DNA from: a virus
Reading direction: 5' to 3' (one strand)
Virus record (IMG/VR): IMGVR_UViG_3300006153_000019
Location: 1-58,570 of that record
DNA: 58,570 nucleotides
Part shown: in pieces, positions 17,622 through 26,626 of the stretch
Numbering within the stretch: position 1 is the stretch's first letter
How the letters are laid out: every line of letters starts with the position of its first letter
The notes under the pieces: generated by a model
What the model was told of the DNA's origin: nothing
Seen by the model: the letters and a program-made list of their open reading frames with translations, nothing else
Databases searched by the model: none
Position numbers and translations under genes: made by a program

Positions 17622-18415
17622 TCAGAAAGATTATTTGATTTCTGCTTCTCCTCTTTCAGCGGAAACAATCCTTGCCAGCAATTCATTGTGCTTTGCTCTA
17701 AAATCTTAATCGCCGTATCATTGTCCATATTTCCAGAAGATACAGGGGTAGACAACTCTTGTAATTTTTTCATAGCCAATTCAACTGCCCTATCAGTTAA
17801 TGGCTTTTTTATTTTTTTTCTCATTTCAGCATAATCAGAAAATGCCCGATTAAGTTTTTCGTCATTCGGATAGTAAATTTCAGGCTCATTTTTCTTAGGT
17901 GCTTTAGCACCTTCTTTTATCTCTGTTTTACCTTTTTCCTTTTTTTCTTTATTTCCTTCTTTATATTTCTTTCTTTCTTCTATTGTTGTTAATAGGTCGT
18001 TAATAGGTTGTGGACTACTCGCCAATAGATTGTTAATAGGTTGTTGGCTGTTCGTTATCTGTTCGTTATCTTCTTGTGAATTGTTTGTGCTTGTTGATTG
18101 TTCGTTATCTTCTTGATATAAACAATAGTTATTTACTGTAAATACGGTGAATTTTCCATGTGATTTGCTTGTGATTTCATTTGTATGTATCAAATGCTTT
18201 AAAGCTGTCCTTACTTCGTTAACTGTAAGACTTGTTTCATCTGATAATTTACTAACAGAAGAAACAAATGAGCCTTTTGGGATATCTAATCCCTTAAATC
18301 TTCCATCTTTCCAGTTCGCTTTTAACACCATGTAAGTAAATAATCTATAAGTGTTAATGTCAGACCACCATTCCCATTCGAGAATATTACGGTAGATTTT
18401 TATGTATCCTGTCAT
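17594..18415 (-). CDS. phage replisome organizer / DnaD-like replication initiator
   Basis: N-terminus GYIKIYRNILEWEWWSDINTYRLFTYMVLKANW is typical; internal DNA iterons. Confidence 0.75.
   Translation of the reverse strand: MTGYIKIYRNILEWEWWSDINTYRLFTYMVLKANWKDGRFKGLDIPKGSFVSSVSKLSDETSLTVNEVRTALKHLIHTNEITSKSHGKFTVFTVNNYCLYQEDNEQSTSTNNSQEDNEQITNSQQPINNLLASSPQPINDLLTTIEERKKYKEGNKEKKEKGKTEIKEGAKAPKKNEPEIYYPNDEKLNRAFSDYAEMRKKIKKPLTDRAVELAMKKLQELSTPVSSGNMDNDTAIKILEQSTMNCWQGLFPLKEEKQKSNNLSDWEKKWRDA
17987..18115. repeat. iteron cluster inside the replisome-organizer gene (putative origin)
   Basis: 3 copies of gttaatagg(t) and 3 copies of tgttcgttatct within 130 bp. Confidence 0.6.
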
Positions 18416-18430
18416 TATCCCTCTATCCTC

Positions 18431-18814
18431 CTAATACAAAGGTTTGACTTCTCTTATCAATACTTCTATCCTTGGATTAGTTTTATCTACTTCAAATCTG
18501 TCAGAAAAACCAACCACATATTTCCAGCCATCATCTTTTAATACACCACATTTTACTAGGCTATCTTGTATACATTTCCGTCCAAAACTAGATACGTTAT
18601 CACAATCCCGACGTTTATTTTTTTCGTACCATATATAGTGCATTTCTACAGATTTCTCAATTCGTACACCTTTCAAACATTTCCTAATTGCTACAGCAAC
18701 AATATTTTCATTGTCTGCTTTCATCTTAGCCCCTTTGTGACGGTTTGTCCGTTCCGCTAATATATAATCGTTCAAACCGTTTAGTCTTCCTGGAACTATT
18801 AGTAAATATTCCAC
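18431..18814 (-). CDS. rusA: RusA-family Holliday junction resolvase
   Basis: 127 aa; ..RRDCDNVSSFGRKCIQDSLVKCGVLKDDGW.. (D-x-D-N / K / D-D motifs); GTG start. Confidence 0.8.
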   Translation of the reverse strand: MEYLLIVPGRLNGLNDYILAERTNRHKGAKMKADNENIVAVAIRKCLKGVRIEKSVEMHYIWYEKNKRRDCDNVSSFGRKCIQDSLVKCGVLKDDGWKYVVGFSDRFEVDKTNPRIEVLIREVKPLY

Positions 18815-18901
18815 AAATTATCCTTTCTGCCCCTGAAAGGACCAGGGGCAATTTGTTATATTTCAATGGTTACGCTGTGACACATTAACCAAGGAGAACT
18901 A

Positions 18902-19462
18902 TTATGTTATGTGCTGCTCGTATAATCTCATCATGTCATTTATCTGGTCCGGTGTCATAGTCTCAATTCCCAAATCTTTACATTCGCTTGCAATGCCTTC
19001 AATCAGCCTAGACATTTCTTTTGTATCATAACTGCTTGACCCTCGAAGCATTATATAGGTTCGGTACATGATTCCATCTTTGCCTTGCTTTATTTCTGAT
19101 GTAGGCTTAATATGGTATTCTTGAGCCTCATACGCCGTTTTATGGGCTTTGTCTGTATCGGGTATAACAATATATACCATCTGCCCGTCAATGGTCTCTA
19201 TTTGCCCGTATTTGCGTAGCATATCATTATGTACCCATGAATTTGATTGCCCTATCTTATCAGCTAATTGCGTTACCAATGACCAGTAATATGCGTTAGA
19301 ATCAAGACTCCGTTTCTGCCGATATTTCTTTATTTGTACAGAGAGAGGAATATCTTTTAATTTCTCTAGTTCTGCTGTCGGAGCTTCTAACTGCAAGATT
19401 ACTTCTAGTTTTTTAGTACTCCAATTTAGATTCAAACTTTTCAGAATTCCTTGGCAAATCAT
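18902..19462 (-). CDS. NinB/Orf-like recombination mediator domain protein
   Basis: KRSLDSNAYYWSLV resembles the RSLDQN motif of NinB. Confidence 0.45.
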   Translation of the reverse strand: MICQGILKSLNLNWSTKKLEVILQLEAPTAELEKLKDIPLSVQIKKYRQKRSLDSNAYYWSLVTQLADKIGQSNSWVHNDMLRKYGQIETIDGQMVYIVIPDTDKAHKTAYEAQEYHIKPTSEIKQGKDGIMYRTYIMLRGSSSYDTKEMSRLIEGIASECKDLGIETMTPDQINDMMRLYEQHIT

Positions 19463-20064
19463 TTATTATCACCAAACTTATTTTTCAATGAGGCAAGCAT
19501 ATTATCAAGCATATACTCTGTCATTTCTTCCCATTTACAATTATTTCCCTTACAAATAGTTTCTGGTTTCAAATTATATTTTTGGCAAATACTCTCTATC
19601 TCTTTTCTTTTTGCTGCTATACGTTTCTCTTGTTCTTTTTGGCTTTTTTTCTGCCTTTCATTACATTCATTCCTATTTTCATCTGTATCAGAATCTTTTG
19701 TATCATCCAGTAAAAACAAACCATTTAAAGCATATTTACGGGCATATGAGGAAGCTGCACCTGTAATTTGGGAATCGTCCATTCCTTTTTTATCTATGGA
19801 TTCTCTAGCAAATGCTTTACTTGATACTTGTTCTGATGATTCACAATCCATAAGGATTGCTGTAGCTTGTACATATATCCTATCTCCGACAATAGTGATA
19901 TCATCACTGATAATCAATGCAACTTTGTATTCAGATTCAAATGGCTTAAATGCTTCCAGTATGCTTTCTGCATTTCTATAGTTGTATTTCCCGAAGCTGT
20001 TATACATATTTTTAGGAGCCTTGATTTTTTGCTGGATATTAGATAATTTTTCCTTTAACTCCAT
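19459..20064 (-). CDS. erf: ERF-family single-strand annealing protein
   Basis: 201 aa; ..NSFGKYNYRNAESILEAFKP.. and ..ITGAASSYARKYALNGLFLLDD.. are ERF hallmarks. Confidence 0.85.
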   Translation of the reverse strand: MELKEKLSNIQQKIKAPKNMYNSFGKYNYRNAESILEAFKPFESEYKVALIISDDITIVGDRIYVQATAILMDCESSEQVSSKAFARESIDKKGMDDSQITGAASSYARKYALNGLFLLDDTKDSDTDENRNECNERQKKSQKEQEKRIAAKRKEIESICQKYNLKPETICKGNNCKWEEMTEYMLDNMLASLKNKFGDNK

Positions 20065-20075
20065 ACTATGCCCCC

Positions 20076-20570
20076 TTATCTTATAGTAAGATGTTCTCCT
20101 CGCTCTTTCAGCACAGCAAAAGAAAGATTTTCCCCAGCTTCAAGTGCCTTTCTAATTTTTTCATTATCAGGCACTCTTTTCATATACACTTTAGGGATAT
20201 TCTTTTCCTTATCCGTAATCTCCATTGACTGCTTTCCGCCATTACCTCTAATCGAAAAGCTAAACAAATCCGTCTTAAACTTTGTCTTTCCAGTCGCCTT
20301 CATGCTGTCATAAAGGTGCTGTTTAAGCATTTTACTTCGGTTATTGAGGGAATCCCTTCTTGCAGTCATACGCTCGATTTCTGCCTCAAATTTTTTCTTA
20401 TTTGCTTCTAGTTCTTTTAAAACTTTAGCATACCCATCAGCTTTAATCTCAAATTCTCCTTCAATCCCTTCAAGAGTATCTTTAAATATTTGAAGGTCTA
20501 TATCATCATCATTTTCCAGCATTTCCAGCAAGCGGAGGTAATCCCCCGTGATTTCATACAATGTACTCAT
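20076..20570 (-). CDS. Siphovirus Gp157 family protein
   Basis: MSTLYEITGDYLRLLEM..DLQIFKDTLEGIEGEFEIKADGYAKV matches the Gp157 pattern. Confidence 0.75.
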   Translation of the reverse strand: MSTLYEITGDYLRLLEMLENDDDIDLQIFKDTLEGIEGEFEIKADGYAKVLKELEANKKKFEAEIERMTARRDSLNNRSKMLKQHLYDSMKATGKTKFKTDLFSFSIRGNGGKQSMEITDKEKNIPKVYMKRVPDNEKIRKALEAGENLSFAVLKERGEHLTIR

Positions 20571-20692
20571 CTTCTCCTCTTTCCGCCTCTTCATAGGCTT
20601 CTCGCATTCTTTTCAGCCGCTTCCGGTTCCTGTCTGTATCTGGAACACCATATTCAATTTCATTCCAGGGCCATTCTAAAACCATAGGATTT

Positions 20693-20890
20693 TCAATCTC
20701 CTGCATTATCTTTCTCCTGGTCTTTTACCTCAAAGCCTAATAGTTTCCCACACATTTCACGACTTACATAGCCAAGCTGGTCTGATTTAACATAATTCTC
20801 AAACGCTGCTAATGCAGCGCTTGCGTTAAGCAACTCTTTATACTCATCTACAGGTATCTTAATTTTTTTACTCATTGACTTTGCCTCCAT
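20693..20890 (-). CDS. hypothetical protein
   Basis: 65-aa ORF. Confidence 0.5.
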   Translation of the reverse strand: MEAKSMSKKIKIPVDEYKELLNASAALAAFENYVKSDQLGYVSREMCGKLLGFEVKDQEKDNAGD

Positions 20891-21044
20891 CTTTTGATAT
20901 ACTCAAATCAGATAATTTGGTATGTGCCCCATTGGAAACTATTGCTCCCTTGGGGCGTTTCCTTTTTCCGCCATTTCCCCAGCCCCAAGGGTTAATTCCA
21001 AGTATTTGAGCTGCCCTCATGGTTCCATTTCTACGCCTGCTCAT
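20871..21044 (-). CDS. small basic protein (57 aa, below the ORF-track cutoff)
   Basis: ATG after GGAGGTGAGGAC; MSRRRNGTMRAAQILGINPWGWGNGGKRKRPKG.. Confidence 0.4.
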
Positions 21045-21057
21045 GTCCTCACCTCCT

Positions 21058-21285
21058 TTACATTTGTAGCATGGCTGTTATCCAAGCCGCATTACTTCCA
21101 ACCAGTGCCCCTAAAGCAATAATAAACAAGAAAAACCAGCGTCTACTATGCCCTGTATTGTATATAATTTTGACCTCTGGTATTTTCTCACTGTTGGCAA
21201 TAAAACCAGCACACATTTCCGCCATCTGCTCCCAAGACGGGTTCTCTGATAGTGTTTTTCTTATCTTTTCCTTTGTCATTGTCAT
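21058..21285 (-). CDS. small membrane protein
   Basis: 75 aa; TM RRWFFLFIIALGALVGSNAAWI. Confidence 0.5.
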   Translation of the reverse strand: MTMTKEKIRKTLSENPSWEQMAEMCAGFIANSEKIPEVKIIYNTGHSRRWFFLFIIALGALVGSNAAWITAMLQM

Positions 21286-21302
21286 AAACCTTTTCTATTT
21301 TT

Positions 21303-21908
21303 TTAGGATAATGAAGAATTTATCTCCTGCCACGTAAACCGCCCTTTTCCAGAATTTCGCCACTGTCCCATACCGCGTAATTCGCCATAATCCAACCATT
21401 CACGAATAATATCAGCATAGGAATCTACCAGACATTTTACAGTGAATTCTATCGTAGCACCTGCTGGAATTGTTTCACTATTTGCTAATGATACTCGCTC
21501 GCCCTGTGCAGTCTGACCTCTTAATGGTCTTTGGCAGCTCCCAATTTCTCCATCAAATATAATTGGAATTTGCCTTTCATTTACAAAAATAAGCCCATCA
21601 ATTTCCTTTTTGTATGCCTTAATTTTTGATGACTTTGTTCCTGGTACTTTTCGCAACATTCCGCAGGTATCCTTGAAATATCCTTTTATTTGGTAATCCC
21701 ACATGATAGGTTGTCCATCATTGTTTCTAGGAAAAACAGTTTTAGACTTCTCAATTACTTCCTCAACTCCGATAGCTTCAATTTCTTCTTTTCTGCTGGG
21801 AGCGTCTGGGGCATTACTAGCGATAAATTCGCTATGAATTTCTGGGTCATTATTAGCCATTCCCAGAATCTCCTCAAAAAATGTTACTTTCACTTTCAAT
21901 TCTGTCAT
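21303..21908 (-). CDS. hypothetical early protein
   Basis: 201-aa ORF with SD AGGAGGATTGGA. Confidence 0.6.
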   Translation of the reverse strand: MTELKVKVTFFEEILGMANNDPEIHSEFIASNAPDAPSRKEEIEAIGVEEVIEKSKTVFPRNNDGQPIMWDYQIKGYFKDTCGMLRKVPGTKSSKIKAYKKEIDGLIFVNERQIPIIFDGEIGSCQRPLRGQTAQGERVSLANSETIPAGATIEFTVKCLVDSYADIIREWLDYGELRGMGQWRNSGKGRFTWQEINSSLS

Positions 21909-22187
21909 TCCAATCCTCCTAATGATTATTTTTCTATTGCCAATCCTCTGCTATTCTCCTCTATACGCATCCAATCCCTTGCGTTTCAAGCCGTAGCAAC
22001 ACCACTCCATGCAAATCCTTTACAACACCTTATTTTTCTTCTCATAGCTATTCCTTTCCAATGCCTAGCGGTTCTATCCACTGCCCTGCTTTTCATCTCC
22101 CTTGCCATGCTCTGCTTTGCTAGTCTATTCCTTAGCAACTCACTTTTTTCTTGGTGCTCTGACTGCTTATGTAGTAGTTGTCGTACT

Positions 22188-22943
22188 TTACCCTATTTTC
22201 TCAAAACTTATTTGTAAATTTATATCTTCAATCATTTCCTCTAAATATCTTGGAGGTTCATAACAATCAATCAAATCATGAGCGTCAGCCAAATATTTTC
22301 GCTTAAGTGCTTTATAAGACTTTGGTTTACCAGAATCATCATAGATATTAAATTCTCTCTTGATTTGGCTATAAATATCACGATAAACCATTGAGCGAAC
22401 TACTGTATCTTGATATGCTTCGGAATCTTTTCCGCCTAAAACTTGCACGCCTTTGCGTTTAACATGATTAGAAAGTTCATCAGCTTCGGAGCCGTATAAA
22501 GGAATTTCAAATTCCAGTTTGTCCATACGTTTTTCCATCTGGTCTGTTCTGGTATCTAGTAGGAGAATTGCTCTCATTTCTTTTGTCATGTTTGGCATTT
22601 CGTAGTTATTTTTTACTCTGAAATAGTTCTTCACTAGCTGTCGCTGGACTTCCCAAGCTAAATCGTCTGTAAAGGACTTTACTAACATGAGGTAGCCTTG
22701 TTCTGTTATAAGCACTAAACCATTAGGAGCGATAATATCAAACTCCGTTTTGGCTTCCGACGAATTTCGTCGGAAGTAATCTTCACCCTCAATAAAATGC
22801 TTTTTATTCTCTCTGAAATTTCTTCCTGCCGTTCCCTCCGGTCTTTCATGCACGGTATCAATATCCTTGAATGTTATAACTCTCTTTCCATTAAATTCTT
22901 TTACAGCAATTTTTTGATTACCTATCTTAATTAAATTACCCAT
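22188..22943 (-). CDS. antirepressor-like protein (ORF6N + ORF6C domains)
   Basis: ATG after AAGGAGGTAAG; KEFNGKRVITFKDIDTVHERPEGTAGRNFRENKKHFIEGEDYF (ORF6N); C-terminal GGKDSEAYQ..YKALKRKY (ORF6C). Confidence 0.75.
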   Translation of the reverse strand: MGNLIKIGNQKIAVKEFNGKRVITFKDIDTVHERPEGTAGRNFRENKKHFIEGEDYFRRNSSEAKTEFDIIAPNGLVLITEQGYLMLVKSFTDDLAWEVQRQLVKNYFRVKNNYEMPNMTKEMRAILLLDTRTDQMEKRMDKLEFEIPLYGSEADELSNHVKRKGVQVLGGKDSEAYQDTVVRSMVYRDIYSQIKREFNIYDDSGKPKSYKALKRKYLADAHDLIDCYEPPRYLEEMIEDINLQISFEKIG

Positions 22944-22971
22944 CTTACCTCCTTTGCTACGGGGTAGTAAA

Positions 22972-23133
22972 CTACCCCACTTCTTGAAGCTGCCTAGCCT
23001 TGTCTGCAATCTCTTTATCCCTAAGAGCTGATAAATACACAAGAGCCATAGTTTTGCTTTCTTCTGAAATATCCTTGAAAATATTAGCAATCTCTTTTGC
23101 TTCTTTCCGAATATTCTTTTTAGATTCCGACAT
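22972..23133 (-). CDS. small hypothetical protein
   Basis: ORF 22972..23196 trimmed to the internal ATG with an SD. Confidence 0.45.
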   Translation of the reverse strand: MSESKKNIRKEAKEIANIFKDISEESKTMALVYLSALRDKEIADKARQLQEVG

Positions 23134-23223
23134 ATTGATACCCCCCTTCTTTTGAAGTAGGTTTGTGGTATCCTTTCTGTACAGGTGTTGCAGCACCGAG
23201 TACTAAAGAAAGGAGTAGCACAA

Positions 23224-23541
23224 ATGACAACTGAAGAATTATGTAATTTGGTTTCTCGTGAAATAAGCAAGTCTTTTAATTTGTCAAAAGAATTCATTCA
23301 AGAGCAACTTCTTAAGGGAGCAACGGAAGATATGACAGAACAAGAAGTATATGCACATATGTTTTTGCAATCCATACTAATATCCGCAAATCTTTCCGCA
23401 CAAGTTGTAATGAGCACTCTTATTGAAATGGAAGTTATTCCTCCTGACTTGCTTTCATCTCTGAAATTGAAGCCGCAACTGCACCTCGTAAAGTATCCAG
23501 TGGAGAACGCTGATTTGCCTTATAGCAATCAAGAAGAATAG
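23224..23541 (+). CDS. hypothetical protein
   Basis: ATG after AAAGGAG; 105 aa. Confidence 0.5.
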   Translation: MTTEELCNLVSREISKSFNLSKEFIQEQLLKGATEDMTEQEVYAHMFLQSILISANLSAQVVMSTLIEMEVIPPDLLSSLKLKPQLHLVKYPVENADLPYSNQEE

Positions 23542-23596
23542 CTTCGATACGCTTCAAGGTAGAATCAATGCTTTGGAGCGTATTTTCTTTTTCCAT
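23435..23596 (-). CDS. possible small early protein (53 aa) antisense-overlapping 23224..23541
   Basis: strong SD AAGGAGGTGAAAGC-ATG; 107-nt antisense overlap makes it uncertain. Confidence 0.3.
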   Translation of the reverse strand: MEKENTLQSIDSTLKRIEAILLDCYKANQRSPLDTLRGAVAASISEMKASQEE

Positions 23597-23676
23597 GCTT
23601 TCACCTCCTTAGTTGACTTTGTAAATATAGTATATCTAACTTTTTCAATTTTGTCAATATAAAATCATCAAAAAAG

Positions 23677-23705
23677 TTGACTTTTTCAAACTTTTTTGGT
23701 AGGAT
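23677..23705 (+). promoter_or_regulatory. promoter of the XRE repressor gene (TTGACT, 17 nt, TAGGAT) in a divergent switch region
   Basis: agttgacttt is repeated at 23611 and 23675; a divergent strong-SD ORF starts at 23596. Confidence 0.5.
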
Positions 23706-23724
23706 AATCTTAGGAGGTGAAAAA

Positions 23725-24075
23725 ATGAATACTAGAATCACAGAAATAAGAAAAAGCTATAATATGACCCAAGAGCGTTTTGCTGAAGAAATGGGGATTT
23801 CTAAAAATTATGTTAATTTAATAGAAAATGGCAAAAAGAATCCTGGAGATAGGCTTATTTCTGATATTTGCAGAAGATTTAATGTAAATGAAACATGGCT
23901 TCGCACTGGTCAAGGAAATCCAAGCAAAGAGGAAGATATTGACTTTGGCAAAATATGTGCTGATATTGGAGTGAACGACCCAATAGCAAGAGAAGCTATT
24001 GAAAAGTACTATGAGCTATCCCCAGAAGATAAAGAACTGTGGTGGAAGTTTATGGAAAAATTTATACTTAATTAA
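23725..24075 (+). CDS. XRE-family HTH repressor (CI-like candidate)
   Basis: ITEIRKSYNMTQERFAEEMGISKNYVNLIENGKKNP is a classical XRE HTH; only regulator transcribed against the early operon. Confidence 0.8.
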   Translation: MNTRITEIRKSYNMTQERFAEEMGISKNYVNLIENGKKNPGDRLISDICRRFNVNETWLRTGQGNPSKEEDIDFGKICADIGVNDPIAREAIEKYYELSPEDKELWWKFMEKFILN

Positions 24076-24080
24076 AAAAA

Positions 24081-24110
24081 GCGGGTGGATTATCTTCCAC
24101 CTGCTTTATT
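24081..24110 (+). terminator. rho-independent terminator
   Basis: gcgggtgga-ttatct-tccacctgc then tttatt. Confidence 0.6.
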
Positions 24111-24257
24111 ATGTAACTGCATTACAAATCCATAAATCATCTTAATGTTTTTTTCGTTGTTGATTTCCCCTATCATCTCAACAATTTTCTCCTTATAGGA
24201 GTCACCCCCCCCATACTCCGAAATTTGCCCTATACTGGTTATGCTCTGCTTGTCCAT
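24090..24257 (-). CDS. small protein of the ..MIYGFV.. family (55 aa), cassette a
   Basis: ATG after GGAGGTGGAG; ..EINNEKNIKMIYGFVMQLHNKAGGR; 4 paralogs elsewhere. Confidence 0.45.
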   Translation of the reverse strand: MDKQSITSIGQISEYGGGDSYKEKIVEMIGEINNEKNIKMIYGFVMQLHNKAGGR

Positions 24258-24331
24258 TAACTCCACCTCCGATTGTAATTATATTATTATATGCTCAGCG
24301 AAGGGAGAATATGACAGAAATTCTCCCCCAC

Positions 24332-25207
24332 TTAGTGTAAAATGATGGATTGATTTCCCATCTCCTTCTTAGCAGAAACTTCCACACAGTAAGCAATCAT
24401 CATTTCCTTGATAACGCCCACATAGATTTCCTTTAAGCGTTTATCTGCCATGATAACAGTCAGTTTATTGATGTTGTTTTTCTGTGCTTGGGTGCTGCCC
24501 TTTTCCTCCGCCCGTGCAATAGCGTTTCTGACTTTCTGGTCTAGGCAGCAACCAGCTTTTGTTGTTAATCTCTGGTAGCTCTCATTTCTGGCAGCGGCGT
24601 AACGGTTTCCGAAAGCAAAGGTGAAATTGGGGCTTTCTGCTATCTTGGTGATACAGTGATTCACCCATTGGGTAGTTTCCTGTTCGCTGGCTCCTTTGGT
24701 GAATGTTTCTTTCACCGTCTGAATGGTTTCTGCTTGCTGGTCTACTCGTTCTTCTAACTTATTTTGCCGTTCTGTTATACGTTTCTGTTGAAGTTCTGTC
24801 CGTGCAATAGATTCAGTTAATGCTATCAGTGCTTGGGTTTGCGGAGATAACTCTTGACGGTCAATTTCCTGTTGCTTATGGCGATTGTCTACCTCAATGA
24901 AATACTTTCTAACTTGCTTCCCAATTTCATTTCTTTCTAACATTGCCATTTCTTTAGCGGTATCAAGTTTAATCTCATATTCAATACTGTGCTTTGTTCC
25001 AGATATCTGTTCCTCAATTTTGGGGAGCAGGTCATAATCTATTTTTTCTTTAGCATCACATTCGTTTAATCTACGCTTTACCCATGTTGAGAAATCGGTT
25101 CTTACTAATAAGGATTTATGCAAATCTTTACCATATACAATCTTTTCACCAGTATTTGTTTCATAAACTGGAACGAGTCCATTTTCAATTATTCGCATAT
25201 TTTCCAT
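24332..25207 (-). CDS. antirepressor (AntA-type N-domain plus shared C-domain), cassette a
   Basis: ATG after AAAGGAG; N-terminus IIENGLVPVYETNTGEKIVYGKDLH..TDFSTWVKRRL; C-domain shared with 25646..26500. Confidence 0.7.
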   Translation of the reverse strand: MENMRIIENGLVPVYETNTGEKIVYGKDLHKSLLVRTDFSTWVKRRLNECDAKEKIDYDLLPKIEEQISGTKHSIEYEIKLDTAKEMAMLERNEIGKQVRKYFIEVDNRHKQQEIDRQELSPQTQALIALTESIARTELQQKRITERQNKLEERVDQQAETIQTVKETFTKGASEQETTQWVNHCITKIAESPNFTFAFGNRYAAARNESYQRLTTKAGCCLDQKVRNAIARAEEKGSTQAQKNNINKLTVIMADKRLKEIYVGVIKEMMIAYCVEVSAKKEMGNQSIILH

Positions 25208-25332
25208 TAAAAATCTCCTTTCAGTGTTTGACAACAGCACTAAAGAGAGATATAATAGAAATATCAACCGCTTTAGTGCGTTGGTGGATTGAGAAGTTGG
25301 ATACTTTGCACGGTAACAGCTTCTCTTTTTTG

Positions 25333-25509
25333 TTATTCTTTTACTTTTTGATACTCACTTTCAATACCACGGCGGACAACCTCTGCTTTCTTAACATTTA
25401 AGATTTTTGCAGTTTCCTCTAATTTTATGTAGGTTTCTTCATCAATCCGTGTACGAAGCATTATATCCTTGGTATTTTCTTTAATCTTTTGTCCCATTTT
25501 GGGAGACAC
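25333..25509 (-). CDS. RHH (CopG-like) regulator, cassette a
   Basis: GTG after GAAAGGGGTG; VSPKMGQK..MLRTRIDEETYIKLEE..AEVVRRGIE parallels 4 paralogs. Confidence 0.6.
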   Translation of the reverse strand: MSPKMGQKIKENTKDIMLRTRIDEETYIKLEETAKILNVKKAEVVRRGIESEYQKVKE

Positions 25510-25526
25510 TTTATCACCCCTTTCAA

Positions 25527-25582
25527 ATTGTAGCAACATTTTGAAGTATCTATAATATAACATTGTTGCTACAATCTGTCAA
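25527..25582 (-). promoter_or_regulatory. promoter (TTGACA, 17 nt, TATATT) bracketed by the 12-bp inverted repeat attgtagcaaca / tgttgctacaat (operator a)
   Basis: inverted-repeat arms at 25527..25538 and 25564..25575 flank the -10. Confidence 0.6.
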
Positions 25583-25590
25583 CCCCTTTT

Positions 25591-25626
25591 TTAAAAAAAA
25601 TTTAACCAGCCATAAAATAGCTGGTT
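25591..25626 (-). terminator. rho-independent terminator, copy 1 of a repeated about 50-bp terminator-promoter junction
   Basis: aaccagc-N9-gctggtt followed on the minus strand by AAATTTTTTTT; near-identical copy at 29060..29095. Confidence 0.65.
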
Positions 25627-25645
25627 TCCTGCAAAATAGTCTCTC

Positions 25646-26500
25646 TCATACCCTCTCCCCCCTTTTAACAGAGGCTTCCACACAGTAAGCAATCATCATC
25701 TCTTTAAGAACGGTTTCATAGATGGGCTTCAAAGCCTTGTCGCTCTCGATAATAGTCAGCTTGTTAATAGCATTTATCCGTGCGGCACTAGCTCCAGCAT
25801 TTATCGCTCGTCCCTTTTCCGTCTGCACCCGCTGGTCAAGGCGGCAAGGCTTCTTGCGGTTTAAGCGGTCGTAACTTTCAGCGGTCACAGCTTGGTATTT
25901 CTCGGCTCTGGTTCCTAGATAGTGGTAGTTAGGGCTTTCGACTATAGCGGTGATACACTGCTTCACCCACGGGCGGAAGTCTTTAGTTGTTTCACGACTG
26001 AAAGTATCGGTAATGACTTTTTGGGTATTCTCTATCCTATCAACTTTTTCAGATAATTTCTTTCGTTCTATTTGTTCCTGTGCTACAGCCGTGAAAATTT
26101 TATTGAACATCTGTAATTCTGGTGATAAGTCGGAAATAGAAATATTACTTTCTTTAGAACGAAAATAATTGTTTACTAAATCTCGTTGTACACTCCATGC
26201 TAAATCATCAGATAGGGATTTTACAAGCATAAGATATCCGCTTTCAGTAATAACAGTTTTATCCATGTAATCATTATCAGAGATAGGAAACAAGTGGCTT
26301 GTACGAATTTCGTCAGAGCTTACAATAAAATAATCTTCATCTTTAATGAATCTCTTTTTATTAGAATTAAAGTTTCTTCTTGCGGTTCCGTCTACACGTT
26401 CATGTACAGCGTCGATATCGTTAAAAGTTACTATTCGTTGTCCCTTATACTCTTTAAGCAAAATATCTACATTTCCAATCCGTACTAATTTGTTATCCAT
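25646..26500 (-). CDS. antirepressor (ORF6N N-domain plus shared C-domain), cassette b
   Basis: ATG after GAAAGGAG; KEYKGQRIVTFNDIDAVHERVDGTARRNFNSNKKRFIKDEDYF. Confidence 0.7.
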   Translation of the reverse strand: MDNKLVRIGNVDILLKEYKGQRIVTFNDIDAVHERVDGTARRNFNSNKKRFIKDEDYFIVSSDEIRTSHLFPISDNDYMDKTVITESGYLMLVKSLSDDLAWSVQRDLVNNYFRSKESNISISDLSPELQMFNKIFTAVAQEQIERKKLSEKVDRIENTQKVITDTFSRETTKDFRPWVKQCITAIVESPNYHYLGTRAEKYQAVTAESYDRLNRKKPCRLDQRVQTEKGRAINAGASAARINAINKLTIIESDKALKPIYETVLKEMMIAYCVEASVKRGERV

Positions 26501-26626
26501 AAAATAAACTCCTTTCAAAAAATTGTTCTTGAAAGAAGTCCCTCTGCATGTTACAATATTCCATGCAGGGAAACTTCTCTGTGACTGCATAAGAGTAAGC
26601 TCACTCGCCAAAGTAACCGCTTGCTC

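Noticed and set aside
21303-21908. C-terminal GMGQWRNSGKGRF loop resembling the RAMP (Cas5/Cas6) glycine-rich loop
   Set aside because: This is a single short motif with no other RAMP features or CRISPR context.
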